Positions 61,101 through 64,000 of a stretch of DNA of 64,000 nt are shown piece by piece (positions within the stretch are counted from its first letter, which is position 1; the number at the start of each line of letters is the position of its first letter). The DNA comes from an uncultured Gammaproteobacteria bacterium (GTDB lineage: Bacteria > Patescibacteriota > Microgenomatia > Levybacterales > GWA1-39-11): the NCBI GenBank assembly GCA_964409875.1, contig CAYPEN010000001.1, positions 292,275 through 356,274 of the forward strand, in the 5' to 3' direction. A model generated the notes under the pieces. The model did no database searches and was not told the DNA's origin. It was given only the letters and a program-made list of their open reading frames with translations. Made by a program: the position numbers and the translations under genes.

Positions 61101-64000
61101 CGACTCTTAATATCGGTGGTGCTGCAACAACCCTTTCTCTCGGAGCAGGTTCTGGCACAACAACAGTTAACAACAATGTATCGGTTTCAGGAACCACAAC
61201 CTCAACGGGTCTTATCACTGCAAACGGTGGGTTGACCGTTGCCTCAGGCCAGACTTTGACCGCAAATGGCTCTGTTGCACTAGACCCCAACGGCGCAAAT
61301 GACATTGCTATCACAACTGATTTTTCTGCAGGTTCTTACCTTAATATCACCGGCCTTGACACCCAAACCGGTAACACACTTTGTATTGATGGGTCAAATA
61401 ATGTCGTGAAATGTTCTGCCGCCTCAATCACCTTACAAACTGCATACAACGGTGGCAACACAATCAATACTTCGGATAATAGAGATATATCATTCAACCT
61501 AACCGACACTACAACCGATAGTAACTTTAACGTTACAACAGCAACCAATTCAACAGGTTACAGCGCGTTCACCAGGGCTGACGGCGCGGGAACTGCGGAC
61601 CCAACACAGTTAGTTCTTATCAAGAATCTTGACACCAACCGTGCACTCCCAATTGGCCTTAAGATTGCTGGGGTCAGCGGAGGAAATGTCACAACTGCAT
61701 TGGATTTGTCGGATAGCAATATCACAACAGCAATTTCACTGGGAGCCAACAATGTGTCGGGTACCAATTTCTCAATAACGGGTAGCACAGGCAACATTAC
61801 AACTTCAGGAGATATTGCAGTTAATGGTGGGGACATAACTACAACAAACGCGACAGCTACCCTATTCAACACGAATGCTACCGACCTTTCTATTGGTGGC
61901 GCAGCAACAACTCTTACCCTTGGCGCATCAACAGGAACCGCAACGGTAAATAATCTCACCGTTAACTTTGCAAATGCAACAGCATTCGACGCGTTGTCTG
62001 CCTTGGCACGTGTCTCTTCACTTCAGGTGGGCGGAGGATACAGCTCCACGGGTGTAACCGTATCCTCCGCCGGGGACATTCAAGCCAACGGCAACCTCAC
62101 CATTGATGGCACGTCGCAATTAACCGGCAACGTAACAACATCGGGCACTATCAATGCCAATGGAGGAACCATCGCAACAACCCAAACAACAGGTAACCTT
62201 TTCAACACGAACGCTACCACGCTTAATATCGGTGGCGCAGCAACCACGGTAAGTCTTGGCGCCTCAACCGGGACGAGTACTATCAATAACAATTTGTTGG
62301 TTTCGGGAACTTCAACGTTCAATGGTGATGTGCTCATTTCAAATGACCGTTTCTTCAACGCATCAGGAAGCGCGATATTTACACCTGAAGGCACCAATGG
62401 CGTAACAGTCAACACAGACTCCGATTCGTTCTTAACCCTTACTGGTCTTACAACTCCCGGTGTTGCCGGAACAGCTCTCTGTATTGATGCTTCAAACAAT
62501 GTCACCAAGTGTTCTGCCAACACCATAACTCTTCAGTCCGCATACAATGGCGGCAATACAATTACCACTTCAAACGGACGTGATATAGCACTCACCTTAA
62601 CAAATGCCAATCTTTCAGCGACCACTTCTGCTGGCTCTAACGGATTTACTCAGTTTGCCCTTGCCAATGGTACTAACACCAATCCTGCAAACCAGCTCGT
62701 TTTAGTTGAGAACTTAGACACAAACGAAGCGCTTACAACAGGTATTAAGGTGCAATCCGCAGCAGGTGGCATCACAAATGGCATCGACCTCTCTGATCCG
62801 GAGATTGTAAACGCTCTTGCGTTAGGTGCGAATGACGTTGTTGCAACAAACTTCTCTATTGCAGGTGCAACAGGCAACATTACGACGGCAGGCGACATAG
62901 CGCTTAATGGTGGAGATCTTACGACAACATCAACTACTGCTACACTTTTCAACACAAATGTAACGGACCTTTCCATTGGGAGCGCAGCCACAACACTAAC
63001 GCTTGGCGCATCAACAGGTACAGCGACAATAGCAAATGCTACTGTTGATTTCTCAAATGCAACGGCATTTAACGCGCTTTCTGCTTTGGCAAAAGTTGAC
63101 TCACTTCAGGTTGGTGGCGGATATGGCTCAACGGGGGCAACCATTTCAAACACCGGCAATATTCAGGCAAATGGAACACTTACCGTTGATGGAACCTCTA
63201 CCCTTACGGGAGATGTGACCACCAGTGGAGATCTAGCAGTAAATGGTGCATCATCGGCTGACATTACAACGACAACCGCAACTGCTACTCTCTTTAACAC
63301 AAACGCTACAACCCTTAACATAGGCGGTGCTGCCACTACTGTTTCGCTTGGCGCTGGAACTGGAACAACTACGGTAAATAACAACCTATCAATTACAGGG
63401 ACGGAAACGAGTACCGGTCTTGCGACATTCAATGGGGGTGCAACGGTTGCAACCGCTCAGACGTTTACGGCAGGTGGTCAGTCGACATTCTCGCCTGACA
63501 ATACGAATGGTGTTACTATCAACACTGACGCTGATTCTTTCCTGACTATTGCTGGGCTTCAAACCGCCACCGCAAGCACGCTTTGTATTGACGGTTCAAA
63601 CCATGTAGTTAAATGTTCAGCCGCATCAACGACCTTGCAGTCTGCTTATAACGGGGGCAATACAATTTTGACGTCAGATGCGAGGGATATTGCCTTTACA
63701 CTTTCCGATACCACAACAGACAGTAACTTTGCTGTAACAACTGCAACAGGCTCGACCGGATACTCGGCATTTACTCGAGCAGATGGGGGTGGCGCTGCCG
63801 ACCCAACCCAACTTGTTCTCATTCAAAACCTTGATACCAATAGAGCTCTTCCAATAGGTCTTAAGATTGCTGGCGTTTCAGGTGGAAATGTAACCACAGC
63901 ATTGGATTTGTCAGACAGCAATATTACAACTGCAATTGCACTAGGCGCAAACAACATATCAGCAACTCATTTCACACTTACCGGCAGCAACGGCAATATT
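34133..64000 (+). CDS. Giant membrane-anchored repetitive fibre/adhesin-like protein with an N-terminal HTH (at least 9,956 aa, runs off window end; absent from ORF track)
   Basis: ATG 34133 MKLLTLKQAARMLGVSLETLQYL...; the frame reads as protein wherever sampled and ends ...ATHFTLTGSNGNI at 64000. The track has no stop-terminated ORF in this frame. TM helix at about 34466-34535; T/G/A/N/S-rich repeats. Confidence 0.93.
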   Translation, partial: MKLLTLKQAARMLGVSLETLQYLANRYGLSPVVNDRGEFYYEEDKLRALLETAESTYRKFTQNKATIGQKKSFFQNHENSEASTGSPAAPLKGETKWELFVKFTYLRPGKRAIVLGVITLALIFSLGYAQVSLLKLKAQKANNAFNALEDTSSKVLGAATSKLKLTGNILFSLPLVSKENVAIGKELQVTGKSFFKDDITAPNVVYGITAGGGITISGDAQNPVISAVQGGVTSLQGTTGDVTLKAGTDISISGLTISDASTLSTVVSRGDCTGCITDAAVVNTLTIDSGGQVAAGAIKGTLTTSVGGTGLSTYATGDLIYASSTDTLDSLPIGAAGQFLTVSNGLPAWAFVSSFAVANVKENNVIISSQTNTLNFANSDFDLTESPAGQVNIQLAPTPPSITGVVSNFSVGGTAITFSTSGSITSAGANALTLDTGTTGTLNLGTSNNAKTVNIATGNAGNTVNIATDNTVADTINIGSALDTNNLNSGLVYVPNGRVGIKALPNDVDADTNPFALEVAGSIGPNADGVYDLGSPSLRYRNLYITGATTSNGDITIANNSPKIYFIDTDVGQNQYLVNVDTSQFTLKNNTTGATALFVDSNGDVSLAGGSASTGCTIADATGNLVCAGSITTSNTSGTVGFFSRNNGTSTISPATSGDNISTSGNILTTGTGTITSAGLLTASNGLTVTAGGINVNSTGITNAGDILGAGAISASAALTFTGTGTNITTVSNADLTIGANGSGQLVISSNVLLGTLPGAGVSATTLCRDNTTHQITQCPANASNVSLQDAYNAGNTINTSDNRDIAFTLTDTATDSKFMLTNQGTATAFTINDTNAAVNTLLSIQSNGTPTLTIDENGVVSTSGNIATTGTGTITSAGLLTASNGLTVSAGGISANGGINNNNGGITNAGDLLGAGAISASAALTFTGTGPNITTVSDADLTIAPNGSGQIILSNNVLLGTLPGAGVSATTLCRDNTSHLLTQCPANAANVSLQDAYNAGNTINTSDNRDIAFTLTDTATDSKFTLTNQGTATAFTINDTNGAVNTLLSVQSGGTPTLTINENGVLSTSGSISTTGTGSITSATTLTAQGTTNQLVLGNGNTTTINSLAPASARIATIPGLTINDTFLFATESALVSNKTFRDNSTNFQDELDNTKQFSFDASLISTGVTRKIQIPDYDGTVCLTTGNCAGSGGVVGGNGTLNHLVKFTITGSTIGDANLTDNGTVVNVLSGLNVGDQTGSDTLSVLRLLDATGGSQIQNSNLLTLQGAYWTGAVSQSVGFSLQNVVTATTPTYKLSFQNDGGSEVASIANNGNVALTGTVTGATGLTSSGTITFSGLTNNGPVYTTAGGVLNSETLLSPVRGGTGVDSSSAANGAILIGNGTGFTLATITGTANQVNVANAAGSITLSTPQDIATSSTPTFVSLTLSNATNQLVLGTGNTTTITSPAPGASRVATIPTLAGNDTFVFESQTQTLTNKTIGSTGLVFSGAATDITTVSNEDLTLSADGLGEIVLSNVTKIPNLSGTVGATVVCRNASNEFSICSSNALNVTLQQAYNAGNTILASDSEGNIDFTLADLSSRALTVTNAGSASSALVINDTNASVQNALEVQSSGSATLTINENGNISTVGNISTTGTGTITSAGLLTASNGLTVTAGAVNIAGSSGVINLTGLTALTIDAGVNNLLFTGGNFSTTATGINGTAIGATTPSTGNFTNLTTTSNASFSGNLTLAGAPRSIQTTENNTLTIGGDTTGNIVLAPLNGTGILTVNGNTVNVGSFDVNGVSTFNNNITQSGAFTFSTGTGAVSLNGNTSVTGTNTFTVAGGATSLGSTLDVTGITTLKNDVFVTSDRFFNASGSAIFTPSGTNSVVFNTNSNAKVQFNGLQTVNGNSLCVDGSNYLVVCNGAPFGLQAAYNTGNTINTSDARDIAFTLSDTATDSKFILTNEGTATAFTINDTNAATNTLLDIQSGGVSKLTINENGVLTTSGNISTTGTGTIASAGLLTASNGLTLTTGALNLTATSGSLSLSGLSASSLNFGANDLTITANNFNTTATGINGTAIGATTPSTGNFTTLTTTGNASFSGNLTLAGAPRSIQTTEFNTLTIGGNTTGNITLSPQNGLGVFTINGSTVISGANTLTVGTGATTLGGTLDVAGIATFTNNISQTGATTFSTGTGNVSLNGNTSVTGTNTFTVGTGLTTLGGNFLAQGTASISGGLTLFGTPSIQSTADQTLTIGGDTTGNIILTPLNGIGIVTVNGNVVDTGTFTVNGVSTFNNNISQTGASTFSTGTGNVSLNGATSVTGTNTFTVGTGATTLGGTLDVTGVATFNNDVSQTGAHTFSTGTGAISLNGATTVAANTAFLVSAGSGSVDFKNTSGITIGEDIAGGTNNTPGTIKLWSQGDNAYSTTITTATQTQNITFTLPPDDGIANYVLVTDGNGVLSWQSTSGIGAGTITAVGNVTSGTAFTGSDSSSNKGNILIFEGSTTVDDANDITVTAVNPVSSITYTLPDIGTNGTFAFLEGTQTFTGAKTFSDLTISDTNIPFTGGDTTFDITGAATRTLSLVNSTVGQVANLELTDGDLLTAGTSRLTNAGALQNITGYTQTSGNFSIAGAGTFSTGTGSISLNGNTSVTGTNAFTVGTGLTTLGGDLLTNGTASVSGALTLFTTPTIQATDLQALTLGSATTGQLNLFNNTYVLGTSNFTVGTGATTLGGTLDVAGVATFTNNISQTGVTTFSTGTGNVSLNGNTSVTGTNTFTVAGGATSLGSTLDVTGITTLKNDVFITSDRFFNASGSAVFTPSSDNDVVFNTDNNSTVIFNGLQTAAGSKICIDGSNNLVLCASQGGTLQQAYNEGNTINTSDARDIAFTLSDTATDSKFILTNEGTATAFTINDTNAATNTLLDIQSGGVSKLTINENGVLTTSGNISTTGTGTITSAGLLTASNGFTVTTGAVNITGTSGALNLTGLTAATIDAGVNNILITSANFNTTATGINGTAIGATTPSTGNFTTLTTTGNASVSGNLTLAGAPRSIQTTEFNTLTIGGNTTGNIVLSPQNGLGLFTINGNTVVSGTNTLTVGTGATTLGGTLDVAGVSTFTNNITQTGASTFSTGTGAVSLNGNTSVTGTNTFTVGTGATTLGGTLDVAGVATFTNNISQTGATTFSTGTGVVSLNGNTSVTGANTFTVGTGLTTLGGNLIANGSASISGALTLFGIPTIQTTDFQNLTLGGGQTGGIVLNSGTVVNGGNTFTVGTGATTLGGTLNVAGVATFTNNISQTGATTFSTGTGVVSLNGNTSVTGTNTFMVAGGATSLGSTLDVTGITTLKNDVFVTSDRFFNASGSAIFTPSGTNSVVFNTNSNAKVQFNGLQTVNGNSLCVDGSNYLVVCNGAPFGLQAAYNTGNTINTSDARDIAFTLSDTATDSKFILTNEGTATAFTINDTNAAVNTLLSIQSNGTPTLTIDESGALSTSGSITTTGTGTITSAGLLTASNGLTLTTGALSLTATSGSLNLTGLSSSTLDFGANDLTITANNFNTTATGINGTAIGATTPSTGNFTSLTTTGNASFSGNLTLAGAPRSIQTTEFNTLTLGGDTTGNITLSPQNGLGVFTINGSTVISGTNTFTSGTGAVTLNGATSITGTNTLTVGTGATTLGGTLDVAGVATFTNNISQTGATTFSTGTGNVSLNGNTSVTGTNTFTVGTGLTTLGGDLIANGTASISGGLTLFSIPIIGTTDLQALTLGTGTTGQINLATNTYVLGTSTFSVGTGATTLGGTLDVAGVATFTNNISQTGATTFSTGTGNVSLNGATTVTGTNAFSVNGGPTTLGSTLDVTGITTLKNDVFVTSDRFFNASGSAIFTPSTNNNVVFNTSATERVQFNGLQTVNGNSLCVDGSNYLVVCNGAPFGLQAAYNTGNTINTSDARDIAFTLSDTVTDSKFILTNEGTATAFTINDTNAATNTLFDIQSGGVSKLTINENGALSTSGNILTTGTGTITSAGLLTASNGLTVTTGAVNITGTSGALNLSGLGASLIDAGTNNLLVTSGAFTVDATGINTTAIGVTTPKQATFTTLSSLSDTSIATGAGAILNAGNTTGAVTINGSNVTINANGTGNGIAFGLPVDSPNAFSVSESTNGYINVDTSTGAENVSFGNTNTNPTFQFQGTGATTFGGDVAVNGGVLSTTAVSASLFNTNATTLNIGGAATTVTLGANTGTTTVNNALAVTDSVTVTPNNATGIALNPFGVAAGNTAEAQFYELAANGSEYTGFKAPDSLAATVVYTLPSAAAGAADYVLTYQNGGLLEWKSANLLAGDITAVGDVLTGDAFTGTDAGNNLYFQGATVDSFSIDLQGADATQNETIVLPANSGTVTLLQPRFAQTATGTQPLLFLNEAGASTPNLIQLQVASNDVFTVDNSGNVAIAGATVSSTGSTVNLFNTVTSTLNIGGAATTVSLGAGTGTTTVNNALTSTGLITANGGLTVANGQTLTVDGIANIGDGGDAVALNGTTITLTANGAGNDITANLVDNNTDALDIQQGTNNYLNIDTTDGSENITFGNATTNPTFTFLGTGLTTHGGSIAVNGGDITTTAGTANIFNANATTVNIAGAATALSLGASTGTTSINNNAVVTGDLAVNGASSADITSTTATATVFNSGVTNLSIGNAATTLSIGASSGTTTVNNALTITGATTANGTFTANNQVTLQPSGTNGVTIVTDGNSFLTIPGLTTPVASNSTLCIDASDNVVKCPPSASTLQSAYNGGNTIFTSDGRDVAFTLTDTTTDSKFTIHTATGSTAGTEFVREDGAGTADPTQLVLIDNADIDRILPIGIKITSSGTSGVTTALDVSDPTIVTAIALGANDVTGTNFSVTGSNGNITSAGDIAVNGGDVTTTNATATLFNSNATSLSIGGAATTLTLGANNAGTATIANATVTLSNATAFNALAALAKVDSLEVGGAYGSTGVTISNAGDVQANGALTIDGTSTLTGDITSSGDLALNGSDITTTSNGTATLFNTNATTLNIGGAATTISLGAGSGTTTVNNSLSVVNDLTTTGNVTFTPTAASNESITFNTSSTEKLFVTGLPTATGTLVCIDGVTSQITKCAADAISLQSAYNGGNTIATSNARDIAFTLSDTATDSNFTVTTADGSTSYSAFTRANGTGTSDPTQLILVNNLDTNRPVPTGIKISSTGGGGITTGLDVSDATITTGIALGASSISGTNFSVAGGTGNITSAGDIAVNGADITTTSTGTATVFNTNATTLNIGGAATAYTLGATTATGNIRGTTINFPNATAFDALSALARFDSIQAGGGYGSTGVTISNTGNIQANGTLTVDSTSTLTGAVTASNGITVSGVASADLISSKTTANLFNTTATTLNIGGAATTISLGAALGTTTANGSLSVVDDLTTTGNVTFTPTASSNESITFNTSSTEKFFVTGLPTATGTLVCVNDSDGQITKCASDAISLQSAYVGGNTITTSNARDIAFTLSDTATDSNFTVTTADGSTSYSAFTRANGTGTADPAQLVLIDNADTDRILPIGLKISSSGGGGITTALDLSDASIVTAIALGANDITGTNFSVNGTNGNITSAGDIAVNGSDITTTSNAAASVFNTNALTLNIGGAATTYTLGATTATGNIRGTTINFPNATTINAGSAALTIDNAIIGGGYGSTGVTISNAGDIQGNGNLTIDGTSTLTGNITSSGDLALNGGDLTTTAATATLFNTNATNLSIGGAATTVSLGASGGTTTINGSLTVNENLTSTGNVTFTPPASSGNSITLNTSSTENLFITGLPTATGTLVCVDNSTGQITKCAPDAISLQSAYNGGNTIQTSDNRNIAFTLTDTATDSKFTVGVAAGSTGDIEFTRNAGSGTADPTQLVLIKNNQTRALPIGLKIAGVASGAITTALDLSDSNITTAIALGANSISGTHFTLTGSNGNIATDGNIAVNGGNITTTTSSVSIFDTNATTLTLGNAATSLTIGATTGTATIRNQTISFPNATALDALSALTRVDSLQVGGAYGSTGVTISNIGDIQANGALTIDGTSTLTGNVTVGGDVAVNGGDLTTTQLSATLFNTNATTLNIGGAATTVSLGAGTGTTTVNNALTVSGATTANAGFTANGASTFTPGVGNSVTINTDSTNTSYLTVTGLGTAAGTVVCIDGSNNIVKCNAATTSLQAAYNSGNTILTSNARDIAFTLTNTASDSNFVVTTATDSTGGTQFIRADGAGTNDPNQLVLIDNADADRILPTALKITSSGGSGVTTALDVSDASIVTAIALGANDITGTNFSVNGTNGNITSAGDIAVNGSDITTTSTGTATVFNSNALTLNIGGAATSYTIGATTATGNIRGTTINLPNATTFAASLAAASFDSLTIGGGYGSTGVTVSNAGDIQANGNLTIDGTSTLTGNITSSGDLALNGGDLTTTASTATLFNANATTIRLGEGATAISVGGPNSTVSLHNDLRVNGVATFDGGATVSANRSFTANGPVTVNQNNGSDIVFNLDYTAGSYLTLAGLETPGVAGAALCLDGSNQVTKCGGATFSLQSAYNGGNTINTSDNRDIAFTLSDTSTDSNFTVTTAADSTGYSAFTRANGGSGTNPSQLVLIQNLDTSNALPIGLKIAGVSGGNVTTALDLSDANITTAIALGVNNVSGTHLTITGSTGDITTDGDIAVNGGDITTTSGTATLFNTGATNLSVGGAATTLTLGATTGTASIRNTTVSLPNATAFDALSALARVDSLQVGGGYGSTGVTISNTGNIQANGTLTIDGTSTLTGNVTAAANVAVNGGSLTTTAATGNLFNANATTVNIAGGASAVNIGGTGTTTINNNLAVTGTSTFTGTATANGDFVANANSTFSPTGTDTVTINTTGTALLKITGLQTAAGDLLCIDSGTNQVEKCAATSISLQGAYNGGNTINTSNNRDIAFTLSDTATDSNFTVTTATGSTGYSAFTRQDGVGAADPTQLVLIQNLDTNRALPIGLKIAGVSGGNVTTALDLSDTFITTAIALGTNNVSGTNFSINGSSGNITTSGDVAVNGGNLTTTQATANLFNANATTLNIGGDGTNITIGAAIGTTTINNATVSFANATAFNALSALAKVDSLQVGGGYGSTGVTISNTGNIQANGTLTVDDTSTLTGDTTVGGTLGVTGATTLSSTLAVTGDTTLTGDLAVNGGDLTTTAATFNLLNANATTVNFAGAATSLTLGATTGTASIRNLTVSLPNATAFDALSALARVDSLQVGGGYGSTGVTISNTGNIQANGTLTVDGISTLTGNVTAASDVAVNGGDLTTTNASATLFNTNATTLNIGGAATTVTLGAGGGLTTLNNNLTVNLTDNNADALDIQEGSNNYININTTDSSENISFGNVTTNPTYSFLGNGAATFDGNINANSGTIATSQTTGNLFNTTATTLNIGGAATALTLGASTGTATINNATVVAPNSKFGIGTATPISALFVTRPLTLGATGKALTILNQIENQDIFTASSSGTTRFTIANNGDVTANGNITTTGNVAVNGGSLTTSQATANLFNTNATTLNIGGAATTVSLGAGTGTTTVNNNLAITGTTTATGLATFNGGATIATGQTLTANGASTFSPDSTNDVTFNTDADSTVKFNGLQTVNGNSLCLDGSNNLVICNGAPFGLQAAYNTGNTINTSDNRDISFTLSDTATDSNFTVTTATGSTGYSAFTRQDGVGAADPTQLVLIQNNDTDRALPIGLKIAGVSGGNVTTALDLSDTNITTAIALGTNNVSGTNFSITGSTGAITTSGNVAVNGGTLSTTNATGNLFNTGATTLNIGGAATTYTLGATTATGNIRGTTINFPNATSISAGSAALTIDSLSVGGGYGSTGVSISNTGDIQANGNLTVDGTSTLTGDVTAGGDLAVNGATSADITTTTTTATLFNTNATTLNIGGAATTVSLGAGSGTTTVNNALTATGLITANGGATIATGQTLTAQGQSTFSPNSTNGVTINTDADSFLTITGLSTATANTLCIDGSNHVVKCSASSITLQSAYNGGNTIDTSDARDIAFNLSDTATDSNFTVTTANGSTGTSIFALQDGVSATAPDQLVLIDNQDTDLTLPAGIKVTSSGGGAITTALDLSASAIVNALSLGANDVTATNFSFTGSNGNFSTNGTITATGNVNANSGTLATTNATGNLFNTNATTLNIGGAATTYTLGATTATGNIRGTSINFPNATALDALSALARVDSLQVGGGYGSTGLTISNTGNISANGTLTIDSTSTLTGDVTAAANVAVNGGTLSTTNATGNLFNTNATTLNIGGAATTVSLGAGTGTTTVNNDLAITGTTTSTGLVTANGGLTVATGQTLTANGASTFSPDSTNDVTFNTDADSTVKFVGLQTTSGTALCLDGSSNLVYCTGAPFGLQAAYNTGNTINTSDARDIAFTLSNTTTDSNFTVTTATGSTGYSAFTRANGAGTADPTQLVLIQNNDTDRALPIGLKIAGVSGGVVATAIDLSDSNITTALSLGAADVTATNYSITGATGNITTTGDIAVNGGDLTTTNASATLFNTNATTLNIGGAATTLTLGASTGTATIANGTVTLSNATAFDALTALARVDSLQVGGGYGSTGVTISNAGAIQANGNLTIDGTSQLTGNVTTSGDLAVNGAGSADITTTTTTATLFNANATTLNIGGAATNVTLGAGGGLTTLNNNLTVNLTDNNTDALDIQEGSNNYININTTDSSENISFGNVTTNPTYNFLGTGLTTLGGNLAVNGGSVTTTQATANLFNTNATTLNVGGAATVLTLGASTGTATINNANVSLPNAKLGVGTAAPISALYVTRPLSLAVTGKSLAILDQLENQDIFTASASGVTRFTIANNGDVTANGNITASGNVAVNGGTLSTTQTTANLFNTNATTLNIGGAATALNLGASTGTATVNNLTVNFANATAFDALSALARVSSLQVGGGYGSTGVTVSSAGDIQANGALTVDGVSTLTGDVTAGGDLAVNGATSADITTTTTTATLFNTNATTLNIGGAATTLSLGAGSGTTTVNNNVSVSGTTTSTGLITANGGLTVASGQTLTANGSVALDPNGANDIAITTDFSAGSYLNITGLDTQTGNTLCIDGSNNVVKCSAASITLQTAYNGGNTINTSDNRDISFNLTDTTTDSNFNVTTATNSTGYSAFTRADGAGTADPTQLVLIKNLDTNRALPIGLKIAGVSGGNVTTALDLSDSNITTAISLGANNVSGTNFSITGSTGNITTSGDIAVNGGDITTTNATATLFNTNATDLSIGGAATTLTLGASTGTATVNNLTVNFANATAFDALSALARVSSLQVGGGYSSTGVTVSSAGDIQANGNLTIDGTSQLTGNVTTSGTINANGGTIATTQTTGNLFNTNATTLNIGGAATTVSLGASTGTSTINNNLLVSGTSTFNGDVLISNDRFFNASGSAIFTPEGTNGVTVNTDSDSFLTLTGLTTPGVAGTALCIDASNNVTKCSANTITLQSAYNGGNTITTSNGRDIALTLTNANLSATTSAGSNGFTQFALANGTNTNPANQLVLVENLDTNEALTTGIKVQSAAGGITNGIDLSDPEIVNALALGANDVVATNFSIAGATGNITTAGDIALNGGDLTTTSTTATLFNTNVTDLSIGSAATTLTLGASTGTATIANATVDFSNATAFNALSALAKVDSLQVGGGYGSTGATISNTGNIQANGTLTVDGTSTLTGDVTTSGDLAVNGASSADITTTTATATLFNTNATTLNIGGAATTVSLGAGTGTTTVNNNLSITGTETSTGLATFNGGATVATAQTFTAGGQSTFSPDNTNGVTINTDADSFLTIAGLQTATASTLCIDGSNHVVKCSAASTTLQSAYNGGNTILTSDARDIAFTLSDTTTDSNFAVTTATGSTGYSAFTRADGGGAADPTQLVLIQNLDTNRALPIGLKIAGVSGGNVTTALDLSDSNITTAIALGANNISATHFTLTGSNGNI
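36430..63740 (+). repeat. 20 copies of a C-x(9-10)-C...LQxAY(N)xGNTI.TS..RDIAFTL.DT.TDS.F module
   Basis: LQxAY near 36494, 37112, 38789, 39863, 42671, 44306, 45842, 48374, 49439, 50510, 51572, 52643, 53750, 54836, 57044, 58145, 59273, 61433, 62531, 63635. Confidence 0.9.
39647..44457 (+). repeat. 368-bp direct repeat, identical by eye (39647-40014 = 44090-44457)
   Basis: Base-by-base visual comparison from ataacaactttgaag to gacaccaatgctgc; offset 4443 (a multiple of 3). Confidence 0.85.

Noticed and set aside
34816-63432. Dozens of minus-strand V/P/A-rich ORFs and short ORFs in another + frame in the track
   Set aside because: They are shadows of the giant frame +2 gene; its repetitive Thr/Gly/Asn codons read as Val/Pro on the antisense strand and mirror the same repeats
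34133-64000. Prophage or diversity-generating retroelement interpretation of the fibre gene
   Set aside because: No integrase, capsid, terminase or reverse transcriptase in the window; repeat differences do not appear adenine-specific; the gene has a cellular TM anchor

Overview
Bacterial chromosomal window (genetic code 11). The compact housekeeping genes, type IV pilus cluster without a secretin, scarce Shine-Dalgarno sites and 7-nt periodic repeats suggest Patescibacteria/CPR, Microgenomates-like (inference). 1-22 kb holds gyrA (partial), ppa, gyrB, pilB/pilT/pilC, a holB-like gene, seven pilin-like genes with pilD and pilM/N/O, and the trmD-khpA-rpsP-rnc-nusB-rpmF-recG-tyrS block. 22-27 kb holds a NUDIX hydrolase, a class A PBP and a GH130 enzyme. 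26.4-33.6 kb is an atypical F-type ATPase locus: b-like, delta, alpha, gamma, beta and epsilon are present, but there is no subunit a or canonical c. Instead there is a secreted beta-domain protein ending in a c-like hairpin that lacks the ion-binding carboxylate. Directly downstream, one uninterrupted + strand ORF missing from the ORF track runs from 34133 off the window end (at least 9,956 codons). It encodes an HTH domain, a TM helix and a giant, modular, Thr/Gly/Asn/Ala-rich fibre-like protein with 20 Cys-pair/LQxAY modules. The best candidate for an undescribed system is a repurposed F1-like motor with a carboxylate-less c-like fusion next to a giant surface fibre.
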